Shown here: positions 24,449-35,924 of the stretch, in pieces
How the letters are laid out: each line of letters begins with the position of its first letter
Position numbering within the stretch: the stretch's first letter is position 1
NCBI RefSeq assembly: GCF_004010195.1
Contig: NC_057737.1
Location: forward strand, 25,222,519-25,286,518
DNA length: 64,000 nucleotides
Source: Chiloscyllium plagiosum
Lineage: Eukaryota
Direction of reading: 5' to 3'
Made by a program: the position numbers and the translations under genes
The notes under the pieces: generated by a model
Database searches by the model: none
What the model was told of the DNA's origin: nothing
What the model saw: only the letters and a program-made list of their open reading frames with translations

Positions 24449-26907
24449 ATCATTTCATGATAACTACCTAGATGGCACGGACAGCAGTATTTAAGCAAGT
24501 TATTGGTACACAGCACGCAGTGATTATAACAACAAAAATTACCAGTCAGTTACATTAATTAGTGTTTGAAGAATCCTCCCATGTGGGGGGAGAAAAAATT
24601 AACCAGTAAAGTTCTTAAAGCCACAGTTCTTAGTGACCACTCTATCCCTCCAAGTCGAGTGGAAATGAGCCAGTTTTCTAAAATCCCCTTTCATAAAGTC
24701 CAACCTGAAAACAAAATTCAGCCTGTCCTTGCATCACTCCTCAGAGAAATCTGAATTCTTGGATAAGGGCAGTTAACTGCTTCATTAAACTGATGAGACA
24801 TCCATCCTTCTGGAGATGCTGCAGATGAAGGAAACCAGCACATTTGAGCATGCAGTGCAGCAGTTGCAGTGGAAGGCTAGGTAAATGCAGCATTCTTTGC
24901 TACTTCTGCTCTCGCTCTGGTGGTTTAATGTCCGTCAGAAGGCCACTGGCAAAAAGCATACATACCTCCTCTTCACTGTTGTTAGCTTCTTCACTGCTTT
25001 TGCTCGTGGCTAAGGAGCTGAATGAATCCATTAGATCAATTTGTGGAGGGATGGGTGGTGGTCCGAAGGTGTGCTTTACCCGTGAATGGAGAAACTCTGC
25101 AGACTATGTTAGCTGCTGAAAGTATCTTTGCATTTCCTCTCTGCCAAGGTGGTTATCAGCATGAAGATAGTCACACATTTAACTAACTAAATTGTGTCTG
25201 CCTATTTCAATATTCTTTGAATTATTGAAGTCTGTTATTCTATTCACTATTTATGATATTATCAAGTTTTACACAATCCATAAACTTCTAAATTGTACTG
25301 TCTAAACAATTCATTCATTTATAAAAAGCAATCAATGGTCTTAAAATCAAACCTTCGGGGGAACCTCATTCAGGTTGTTGAAAAATTATTTTCCTTTAAC
25401 AAATTAATACTTGGCTAATGTGAAAGCTATAAGGAAAAATATTTCAAAAGTCTGGAACAGCAAGAAAACACCATGTTTTTTGTGCTTCAGCAATTGAAGA
25501 GGCAGTTTCAGTTCAGATTTAAATCTCAAATCTTCGTGGGAAACAAATGCAGAATATTTTAAAATATGTTCTCCAAATGAATTTTCCCAAATAAAACAGT
25601 CGGAATTACAGTAGCAACTTTAGTAGAGATTGAGATTCTTTGAATTTGCAATATGAAGGGGGCCAATGAAGTCTTAACAATAATTAACAGAACTGAAACA
25701 TCTCAGCCTCAAGTTCTGATATTCTGTAGAAACATCAAACTCAAAATGCACTCTTCTTTTTGTGAACACTCTGCATTAAAAAGACACAGCAGCAAAGATA
25801 TTTTAATACAATATGTTCATCTGGCTGAAGCATGATCACTGACACAACTGTTTTCTTTAAAACAGTCATTGTAGAATCATGGTCTCAAGGCACTCAATCA
25901 GTTTGCTTTAAGGTAACAAGTTTGATAATTTTAAAAAGGACATAATGTCATACAATTTCAAAATAAAAATAAAATCTGCCCTTTACTATTGCCCACAAAA
26001 CATTGAATTGAGATCCTAATTCAAACAAGGCAAAACTGTTACTTAAAAGGATTTTCTGAACCAGTATTTTTACAAACCAAAATTTTTAAACATCAAACAC
26101 TCTCAGCATGGCGCAATTTAAATTGAAACTATCCTTTTTCAACGCAAGTATTAGTACAACCTTTATTTCAACATTTCTCGTTTTTAATTTTTTTTTGCAT
26201 CCTTTCACTGAAATTACACTTGGAACAAGAGAAAGCCTTCGCAGCAGACCATATGGCGTCACAATCCAAGTCACTTTCTTCCCCAAGAGCAAAGACTCAC
26301 AGACATTCAAATTTTGCCATGAGGGGACTTTAATCCCTTTCTCACTTTCCTTATGGGGCTCGAACCCCACGTAAACACACACAATTCGAATTCCACTTAA
26401 AACACAGAGCTTGAATGTCACTCAGGCCCAGAGAGCTCGAGCCCCGTACCACACTGAGGACCCGAACCCTGAATCAACCCACCCAGTAGGCTCGAGGCCC
26501 AGTACCACACAGAGGACTCTAACCCCAACCAAACCCATCCCAGGGGACTCCCAACCCCAGTACTGTGCAGAGGACTCCAATCCCGACCAAACCAACCCCC
26601 CCCCCCCCCCCAAGCGGCGCAGATGACTCTAACTGCAACCACCTCACCCCCACCCCTACCCCAATGCAGTGCAGAGAACTTGAACCTCTGTCAGCCAGCG
26701 GGCTTGTCAAACTGTGTCTCTCAACTGAACTAATTATCGTTCGAGGAATCTGTAGAATACGGAGTGATTGAGCAAGAGGACTGTCTCCGGCGCACAGGAA
26801 TATCGAGAGGGATCAAGGTTTAAAACATTACCTTGTGGGCCTGTCCTCTCAAGACACCAATGTTCCGGGCAGCCACTGACATCATCCAATCGTAACTAGC
26901 AGTCTGG

Positions 26908-26925
26908 ATCCTGCTGACTACGCCA
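26908..26925 (-). promoter_or_regulatory. Primer-binding site complementary to the 3' end of tRNA-Ser
   Basis: - strand TGGCGTAGTCAGCAGGAT, 4 nt after the 5' LTR end. It matches the 3' 18 nt of vertebrate tRNA-Ser (ATCCTGCYGACTACG-CCA). Confidence 0.9.
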
Positions 26926-26929
26926 ATAT

Positions 26930-27455
26930 TGTGGTCCCGTTTCCCCCGACAGTCGAAGCAAAACACTCAGAGACAGAGTGTGACTTTACCTCCTCCATCT
27001 TTATTGATGCCCTGGAGAGAACGATTGCCCATGTGCACAGAGACATGAATTAGTGTTCTTCTCTGAAATATCAATTTCTTAATGAATTATATAATCATTT
27101 TACAGGGAGGAGCATCCAGATAAGTCAACATATATATTAATTGTGTGACCGTTAGAATCAACGGGTATCAGTAGTAAAGATTAAGCCATCTGCTGTTACA
27201 CATGAATAACTGGCTTCACATAATGAATATTTTTTACCTTGTTAATTGAAGTTACATACTGAAATGCTACCTTATCTTGTTAAATGGCTCTACATAATGA
27301 CTGCTTTTCCACCTTGGTAACTCATTGCCCTTGCTTCCAGCACCCCATTTCTGACTGTAAGTTCTTATCTGAGTCATGCCTAGCTGAATCTCTTGTTTCA
27401 CAAAACTCAGATCTTAACTCTTTCCCTGCCTGCTTATACCCTATACACATTCTCA
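26930..27455 (-). repeat. 5' LTR (526 bp)
   Basis: Reads TGAGAATG...CCACA on the - strand (TG...CA). Contains a TATA-like motif (~27088-27093) and AATAAA (tttatt on +, ~27000-27005) in U3-R order. Confidence 0.9.
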
Positions 27456-27660
27456 TAGGCCAGCCTCTCTCACTCCATTCTCCGTAAACCGTTGCCTGTA
27501 TTCCAGTTGTTATGCAAAGGAAGGAAATATACTGCCTTTATCTGTGTTGTTTCTAAAACGTCCTCTAAATAGTCTTATACTTCATGCACATATCCCAAAC
27601 TGCTGCTGAAAAGTCAAAAGAAATAAAACTAGACAAACTTATAGACATTGGTTACTGACG

Positions 27661-28155
27661 CTGGCTGTGCGGTGGTTAGCACTTGCATGGTGTGAATGTT
27701 AGTCCCTGTTTGTCAGTCCAAAATTATCCAATTATTGTTGCATTTGAACAGTAACTGCTCCTTTGTATGAAGACGCATATGTGATCTGATGGTAGAGGCA
27801 CAGTCATTGTTGAAGCTGAACATGCTTGGCCTAGGACACTAGCACTGCTACCTCACAGTGCCAGGAACATGGATTCACTTCCACCCTCTGGCAGCTGTTC
27901 ATGTGGAGTTTGCATGTCCCCGTGTCTGAGTGGGTTTTCACCAGGTGCTCCGGTTTCTTCTTACAGTCTAAAGATGTGCAGGTTAGGTGGACTAGCTATG
28001 CTAAATTACCCATAGTGTTTACCGATGTATAGGTGAAGTGCATTAATCATGAAATGTATGGTTCTAGGGAAGGGTTAGAGAGATGGGTCTGGGTGGGATG
28101 CGCTTCGGAGGGTTGGTGTGAATTTGTTTGCACACTGTCAGGGTTCGATGACTCT
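27661..28155 (+). mobile_element. HE1-like SINE with a 163-bp insertion in its tRNA head
   Basis: ggtggttagcact|...|agcactgctacctcacag...; body homologous to the other copies. Confidence 0.8.
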
Positions 28156-28169
28156 GAATGTGCTTTGGG

Positions 28170-28825
28170 TGGAAACGTCCATTCCCAAACTGGCTGAGTG
28201 TTAAATGACATAATTATGAGACTGGGTCTGTGACAGACAGGGAAGGAACCAACAAGAGGCAAATCTGTTTGACCTTGACTTCAGAAAATGATGCAGGTAC
28301 ATCTGACCATTGCAGGTGAGGTGAGAAAGGCCATTGCAAAGTCCCTGTGAAGATAAAGTGCCAAATTTACATTGGGCATTTTATTCATGCATTATGTTCT
28401 GAGACATCTTCAATGTGCTCGGTAGGATAGCTTCAGAAGATATCTAGCAAATCAAAACTGATTATCAATGAGGCATCCTATGATAGTCATCACAAATATC
28501 CATATCCTCAACAATGGCAGAACTTAGCACATCAGTGCAAAGCACGAAATGCAAGTGTTTGCAACCATCTTCTGCCAGAAGTGCCAAATGGACAATCTAT
28601 CTCTGCCTTCTCTGGATGTTCCCAACATTACAGTTAGAAATTTTGATCCAGTTTGGCCCACTGCACAAGTTAACAGGAAATTGTTGGAGATACCAGATAC
28701 TGCAAAGGCTATGGATTCTGAAAAGTTCTGAGCAGCAGTGCTAAACATTTGTGTCCCAGAGGTAGTGTGATCTTAGCCAAACTTTTCCACTCTAGCCACA
28801 AGGCTGGTATCTGCCCAAAAATGTG
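28170..28825 (+). mobile_element. Old L2-type LINE fragment
   Basis: Decayed ORF2-like frames (FATIFCQKCQMDN...DTAKAMDS). Confidence 0.55.
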
Positions 28826-30616
28826 GATAGATTGAGAAGGGATTTTGAAAAGGTGATGATGCAGACCAAAAGCAAAGGGATAGTACCTGAGGAATGGGAG
28901 CTATCTATAATGCAAATTCTCATAGAATTAGGGAAGGGAAATTCAGTTTTAGTTGAAATAGGTTTGAGAGGGTAGAATTTCAGTTTCATGGGCACTACTT
29001 ATTTGAAAATACATAAACTGGCTGTGTTACCATTTCATCACTAGCAAGGCATCTCGAACTTTAGACTGATCAATTGGCTGATGTGATATAGGAACGCCCC
29101 CAGACAATTTTGCAGGGGGACTTGAGAAGGCAGTTAAGAGGTACTTTTCTGAAGTTTGACTTCTGTTGAATATGTTAAAGGAAAATGAAAATTAGTATGG
29201 AGGAATTTTGTCCTTGATAAATAGAAAGGGCAACCATTGAATAACATGCAGATTTTTCAAACACTTCTCATTTTGCTTGTTAAATGATAGGTTTCTAGAA
29301 ATAAAGCAGCCTTCATTATTTTTAGTAGTATTGTAATGTTAGCTGATTTCAGAAAAATCATTGAAATCCAGAGAGCAAAGAGTTCCCTGGATTGTTATCA
29401 GTGAAAGGGTTATGTATAGTGTGCAGTCTAGATGAAGGATTGAATCTCACCAGAAATCACCTAATGATCAATTTGGTGAGTTTCTTGGAGGGCTTGAATC
29501 TGTAGCCTTGAGCAAGTTCTATTATGCTGCTGTGCCAAACTTGTCTCATTAATGATGCATGACCTACTTGGACATGAGGCCCTGATCAATGACCAATTCT
29601 CATCAAAACCCTGACAGACATTCCACACATTCCCTGATTGTTTGTTTGTGCTGGATCTGCAGGACTGACAACGCTCACTCGCTGGACTGTAGTGAAACTA
29701 CCCTCTGACCACCCCAAGCAGATGACTAACCACATCCAAGTCGTGGACTGTAATTGTACAATGCCCTTGACTTATTATGACAGATGGCAGCTACCCTTGA
29801 CTTTTCTTCATCTTTAATGAGATGTGTGCATGACTGGCTGATAAGCTCAGCGAATGATCTGTTTATCTCTGGGAAAGTCAAAAATCGTTTAAAAATGTAG
29901 GAAGCAGCAATTTTCCTTTCCGACTTCTATTATCATTGTTAACTTTAATGGGTGGCCATTAGTTGAGCCAGATTTGCTTGACCATGTCTTTTATTTCATA
30001 TCTTAACTCTTGATTTTCTTTTTCTTTTTTTGTTTCTAATGCTAGTAGATTTTTTTTTGTCCAGGGCAGATATATGGACAGCTTTAGTCTTAGTTATTTT
30101 CAGTTACATAAATGTTAACTTCCTATTGGGGACAAGGCCAAGGCAGAAGAAGGGAACATTTTGTATTTGTTGAGGTATTGCTTCATTTGTGCTTTTAACC
30201 TGTAAAAAATGTAACTTTGCAGAATTCTTTACAGAGATTTACGAATTAATTTTATTAACTGTCTTCTATGACTGGTTAGCATACAAAAAATAACAAGTTT
30301 TTTTTCTCCCTTTGCATTATTGTTAAATAGCGGTCTCCAATTCATTTTCATTTTGCCAAACTTGAGAGGTGAATATACAGCAGCTCTCAATTGCTCATTT
30401 CCTTAGAGGTTCCCTGGTGAGTTGGTTCACACGTTTAGGTAATCAAAATCTTACAAGAAGTTCTGGTGCAGTATTATTGGAAATGATATAATATTTTATG
30501 TTGTGTATTTGTTTTTAATATAAAATATCTTGTGTCTGCACCATATTGAAAAGTCTATTATCAGATTTCTCTAACATTTCCTATTAATTCACCTATTTGT
30601 GCACAATTTCAAAAAG

Positions 30617-30835
30617 TGTGACATTGGAAAAGCACAGCAGATCAGGCAGCATTTGAGGAGTAGGAGAGTCAATGTTTTGAGCATAAGCCCTTTATCAGGA
30701 ATGCCATTCTTGATGAAGGGCATATGTTTGAAACAGTGACTCTCCTGCTCCTCAGATGCTGCCTGATCTGCTGTGCTTTTCCAGCACCACACGTTTTAGT
30801 TCTGATCTCCAGCATCTGCAGTCCTAACTTTGTCC
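30617..30835. mobile_element. Palindromic (head-to-head) Penelope-derived short element with two decayed hammerheads
   Basis: Arms ggaaaagcacagcagatcaggcagcat...aggaat / attctt...atgctgcctgatctgctgtgcttttcc, centred near 30703. Confidence 0.8.
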
Positions 30836-30904
30836 TGTTTGTGTACAATGGTAAGTCTGTCTTTTGAATGTAAAAATGAAGCTACACCCTGTCCAACCAA
30901 CATA

Positions 30905-31078
30905 AGAGAAAGTGATAACTGCAGATGCTGGAGATTAGAGTCGAGAGTGTGGTGCTGGAAAAGCACAACAGGTCAGGCAGCAGCTTCATTCCTGATGAAG
31001 AGCTTTTGCCCGAAACGTCGATTTTCCTGCTCCTCTGATGCTGCCTGACCTGCTGTACTTTTCAAGGACCACACTCGC
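30905..31078. mobile_element. Second inverted Penelope-derived short element with + strand hammerhead (30988-31023)
   Basis: Inverted arms cgagagtgtggtgctggaaaagcacaacaggtcaggcagca / tgctgcctgacctgctgtacttttcaaggaccacactcg. Core ATTC-CTGATGA-agagcttttgccc-GAAAC-GTC-GATT. Confidence 0.8.
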
Positions 31079-34000
31079 AACCAATGTAGGAGTCTGAAAT
31101 GAAAAATTGGTGCTGGGATGTGGGAGTTGCAGGCTTGTAGAGCTAATTTTGTAACGACTGTCATGGGAAAGAGCTTTTGGGGATGGTAGCATTGATTCCA
31201 ATTTTTATTCTCACTAGCACGTGGGATGAGGTGGGTGTGGGGAGAGGCATGAATTGTCTGAATACGGAGAGGTCCTAGACCTATGAAATGTGAGTATAGT
31301 CTTAGTTTGCAATGTATTACTTCCAAATTCGATTTTTCTTCTGTGAGTCTCTTTATCCTTCTCTTTCTAATAGTGCTCTGGGTGTACCCACAACTTGTAT
31401 ACTGCAGTAGTTCAAGAAAACAGCTCACCACCATCTTAAGGATAATTGGGATTGGACAAAAAAATACTGCCCCAGCCAATGATGCCTATTTCCTGTAAAC
31501 AAATGAAGAAAAAAAACATGCTTATACCCTTGTAAGCATTATTTCATCCAAACTTCTTTGTGTCTGAACTTGTACCAAATCCCATTCATGCATCACCCCT
31601 GTGTTTGCTGACCTAAAGTGGGCTCTGATTAAGCAACATCTTGATTGAAAGATTCCTAGTATTGTTTTCAGATTGCACCATCACCTGGTTCCTAACTATC
31701 TCTATAATTTTCTCTAGCTGCAAAACACTCAGAAAAATGACATACTTCGAAAGCAGCTTCTTGCACTTTTAATAGCTAGATCTTTATCTGCCTGGGCCTT
31801 AATATCTGGAATACCCTCACTATGCTTTTCTTGCTCTGTACCTCACTTTACTCATTGAAGTGACTACTCTCAGCACACCCTTTTTGACCAAAGTTTTGAT
31901 CATCTAACATATTATCTCCTTATGTGGCTCAATATTTTTTATAAGGACTGTTGACATTTTGGGAACTGAGAAAATTAATTCACAAAAGGCATAGAAAATT
32001 GAAAGATACAAAGACACTCAGTAGGTGGCAGCAGAAGGTCAGGCAAAGTATGGGAACTATTTATGGGCCAGAAACGTGTACGACTAGGATGTTGGAAAGA
32101 TGAAGCCACGTGGGGTGAGCACATTATGTTGGTAGAGGTGTCAGAAGGGCCGGGACATTTGAGCTTGGTTGGAAAAGAGGAAGGTGTGTGCGCTCAGTGC
32201 AGGTGGAGGTTGTAAAAGTGCTGAGGAGGGAATAAGTGGTCAAGTAAATTAACATGGCATATGGTTTTTCAACTTAAACTTGCGAAGAAAAGTAAATATC
32301 ATTGGATTTATAGATTTATTCAATTATTGAAATCAGTGTAATTAGTTTTTGTGTTCATAATCTTTAGGCTGAGTGACTTTGGATTATTTATATTACGGAT
32401 GTTGAATAAAATAGCTTGTCATTTTGTGTACTGTGGAGTTTTAAACTACTCATATGAAAAATATTAATATATATTTGCAAATAAGTTAATTTGATTAGAA
32501 TCACAGCTTTGTTGGCTTGCTGTCAAATGCTGAGTTTGTTTTAACTCTGCGTTTTTGCCATGCGTACATTAATGTGATTAAGTTCTGTGTGATTAGTGAA
32601 GATTCATTGCTTAAAAAAGTTCAAAATATTGAGGATGTTAGCACTGTTGAGGATGATAAAATCTACTCTGGGCTAACTTGATGCAGCCAAAAAATGTTGA
32701 AATGTCCTTCTGAACTTTTCAATGTGCCAAAGGAAAATATAGTCCAGCACAGGGCCTTTTACATTAAATCACAAAACAAAGGCTCTTGTTATCTCGTCAT
32801 GCGCCATGTTAATTGAGTGATATATTGTGACAGGACATTTTGTCTGATTACTGGTCCAAGGCCCATTTGGAAGTATGTTGCTTTTCTAAGGGATGAAAAT
32901 GAATGTTTAGTGAACTTTGACTTTTCTGACAACCAAATCAGTAGCAGCAGTGATATTTCTTGGGGGCATGTTATTGCCATATTTCTTGAAATGGTTTGTA
33001 GTTCAGAGGTACAAGTTCAAATAAAAATTCTGAAATTACTCATGCAATATATTAAACATATTGTACCTGTTTTAAAGTTCATACATTTGGACTATAGTCC
33101 TGGGATAAGGAATCCTGCTGCTTATTTTGGCGCTGAGAGCAGAATGTTGTGATAAGTAGATAGAAGAGGACATGCAGAAAAACAATGAATAAGAATGACT
33201 ATGTTTGAATTTGTGTATTCTTTATTTTGGGGGAAACCTACTTTTTATGTTATAATAAGGAGCCAAAAACAGGAGTGCGCCATTCAGCCCTCCAATCATT
33301 CACCATTCAATGAGATCTTGGTTGATCTTTGCCCTGACTCCATTTACCTGCCTTTGGCCCGTATCCATTAATACCTTTGCTTTACAAGAAGAAAATCTAT
33401 ATCAGATTTAAAATCACTACTGGTCCTGCATTGATGCTGTTGTGGAAGTGTGTTCCAAACATCTACCATCCCTTGTGTGGAAGTGCTTTCTAATATCTCT
33501 CCTGAGCAGTCTCTGTCCCCTAGTTCTAAAGTATTAATTCTGTGTAAATGGGCAGAAGATAGTCACCAGTGGCGGCAAGAAATGATTTCATGTCCCTGTG
33601 TTTTTTGCATTTGCTTCCCTCCCTCATGTATCAGGAACAGTCAGGTGACCTTTTTTGCACAGGACCTGATAATAGCATGGTCTGTAATTATTTGAAATCT
33701 AGTTGGATTTAATGTATGATTTTATATAGTAACAAGATATCTCTGAAGAATTTTTTGAGTGAAAGGCTTTCTTGCACAGAATATTGAACTTTGCCATTTT
33801 AACTTGAGAATTGAGTGTTTAACAGCTGTGCATACTGCATTATATGTAGCCAAAATTCTGTCATCAAGAGAATTAGCTAGCTTGTATTGATGTACAGTAT
33901 AATTATACTTTAATAGCGTTTTTGTAATGTATCATATATTGTATTGCTACTCATCACTTAACTGGAAGCTTTCAAAGAATGTCATCTCGTCTGTTATTGT

Positions 34001-34227
34001 TGGCCACAATTGGGATAGATGATGTATTCAACCCGCAAGCACTGAAACATACTTTTAAAGGCAAAACATGATAATTGTCATCTCCAAGGATTAATATTTA
34101 AAAACTAAGTTATGTAGGTGATGGTTACATTTGTATAAAATATTTAAATATTATCAGTGTAATATTTGGAGGAAAATTTGCAAGATCAAAAATACTCAGA
34201 TTTTGAATTTTTTTAAAATTTCTGTAG

Positions 34228-34333
34228 GTTATCTATCATTCATTTGGTGGAACATCAAAAGGTCTTCATTTTAATAATCTGATAGTGGGGCTGGTCCTCC
34301 TGACAAGGGGAAGAGATGAAGAAAAAGCGAAGT
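34228..34333 (+). CDS. USP32: USP32 (ubiquitin carboxyl-terminal hydrolase 32) internal coding exon, N-terminal EF-hand region (equivalent to human coding exon 3)
   Basis: Acceptor ttctgtAG (34226-27) and donor GTaagt (34334). The 106 nt encode VIYHSFGGTSKGLHFNNLIVGLVLLTRGRDEEKAK plus 1 nt, nearly identical to human USP32 VIYCSFGGTSKGLHFNNLIVGLVLLTRGKDEEKAK (recalled sequence). Confidence 0.96.
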
Positions 34334-35215
34334 GTAAGTACCCCAATCATCATCATTGTATGTTTAATGAAAATGTCAGCAAATTAAAACCTACATTGGT
34401 AACAATTCAACTCTATTGAAACCGTTCCCTGATTTGTAACTTGTTATGCAGAGCAGGATTTTGGTGATTTGGAAACTTGAATATTCAGGACAACTTGGAT
34501 AAATATGAAAATATATTGAATATTTCCAGCAATAATTAGCCACCTATTAATATTTAGCTATCAGTATAGTGCATCTTCTAATTAGTTTTAAATCAACTTG
34601 TTCAACAATAATTCTCAACTTTCGGAGCTTCATTTCCAAAAGACATTAGCAAACTATGCAGTGAAGCACAGAAAACCTGTTTTAACTAATGTCTTATGAA
34701 CTGCACTCTTGACAAACTGGAAAAATTGTATACCTTAATTACTGTGACGTTTACTGTATTATTTTGTTCAATTATTATAGTTTTTAATTTATTTACCTGA
34801 ATGTAAGTATACTTATTCAATTAACTGGCCACATGAAATACCAACAGTTAATTCAAATTTGAATCAATTTCTCCTCCAATACTATGATGTAATCTCCAAG
34901 TAGTCAGTTGAGGGTCCAGGTGAGAGGCTCTGTGCTGGTAAGTTTCATTTAAGGCAAAGTTACATTATTATTTAAATGATTTATGTTGTAATAAAGGAAA
35001 ATGGTAATGTGTATATATGTATTATATATCTATTATTTGGTCCGTGTTTTTAATTTAATTATGAAGGCCTCTTAATTCAAAATATTTGATCAGTAGGCAT
35101 ACTCCTGGCCTAATGGGTGCCAGATAATGAAAAGTTTGCTGTGCTCCCTATTATCTTTCGATTTGGAATTAATCTGCTAAGAACATTGGAACTCATTAAC
35201 CTCAGAAATTGTCAT

Positions 35216-35345
35216 GATGTGGAGGGGCTGGTGTTGGTCTGGGTGGATGAAGTCCAAAATTTCACAACCCCAGGTTATAGTCCAACAGGTTTATTTGAAA
35301 GTGCAAGCTTTCGGAGTGCCGCTCCTTTGTCAGATAGCTAATGAG
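35216..35345 (-). mobile_element. Single-arm copy of the 43018-43235 family
   Basis: gatgtggagg..c...ggttatagtccaacagg.tttatttg.aag...tttcggag..c.gctcctt shared; hammerhead core decayed (CTGACAA). Confidence 0.75.
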
Positions 35346-35454
35346 GCAGGTACATAGGAAATCTTCATAGCTGAAGTCAGTATGGCTCACCATTCAGTGC
35401 TGGCTGTTCATTCGAGCATTCCAACACCAATTCCCCTGCTTTCCTTTTGCACCT

Positions 35455-35672
35455 AGAGTCATAGTCATATAGCCCATGTCGACCTCATTTCCCAAACTGA
35501 ACCAGTACCATTTGCCTGTGTTTGGCTCATATCCGTCTAAACCTTGCCTATTCATGTGCCTGTCCAAATGTCTTTTCAGTGTTGTAACTGTACTTGACTC
35601 TATCACTTCCTCTGGCAGCTAGTTCCATATATGCATTATCCTTTTTGTGAAAATGTTGCCTCTCAGGTCCCT
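35455..35672 (-). mobile_element. CR1 3' fragment
   Basis: Reverse complement of the 1-258 family. Confidence 0.8.
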
Positions 35673-35924
35673 TTGCCTTATCGGTTTCTTAGTCAGCATT
35701 TTATGCTGTAACAACTATTAAAGAAATACCCCTGAACCATTCTCCCACTTCGTGATGATTTTAAATTGACCACCCCTCCTCACTGATATCCCCAAGCAGA
35801 GGGAGTAATGATTTTTCTCTTTATTTATTAACATCCTCATAATTTTAACCTGTACTAGATCTCTTCCCTACTTCAGAAATGCCAACTACTACTCAAATTA
35901 TCTTCTCATCTAAACCTAATATTC

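Larger units (their letters stand above)
23783..27455 (-). mobile_element. Non-autonomous LTR retroelement / ERV-like provirus (LTR-PBS-internal-PPT-LTR)
   Basis: Two diverged direct repeats (23783-24436 and 26930-27455), a tRNA-Ser PBS next to one, a PPT next to the other, and candidate 4-bp TSD aagg (23779-82) / tagg (27456-59). Confidence 0.9.

Noticed and set aside
26908-26925. tRNA-Ser gene
   Set aside because: Only the 3' 18 nt including CCA are present, next to an LTR, so it is a PBS.
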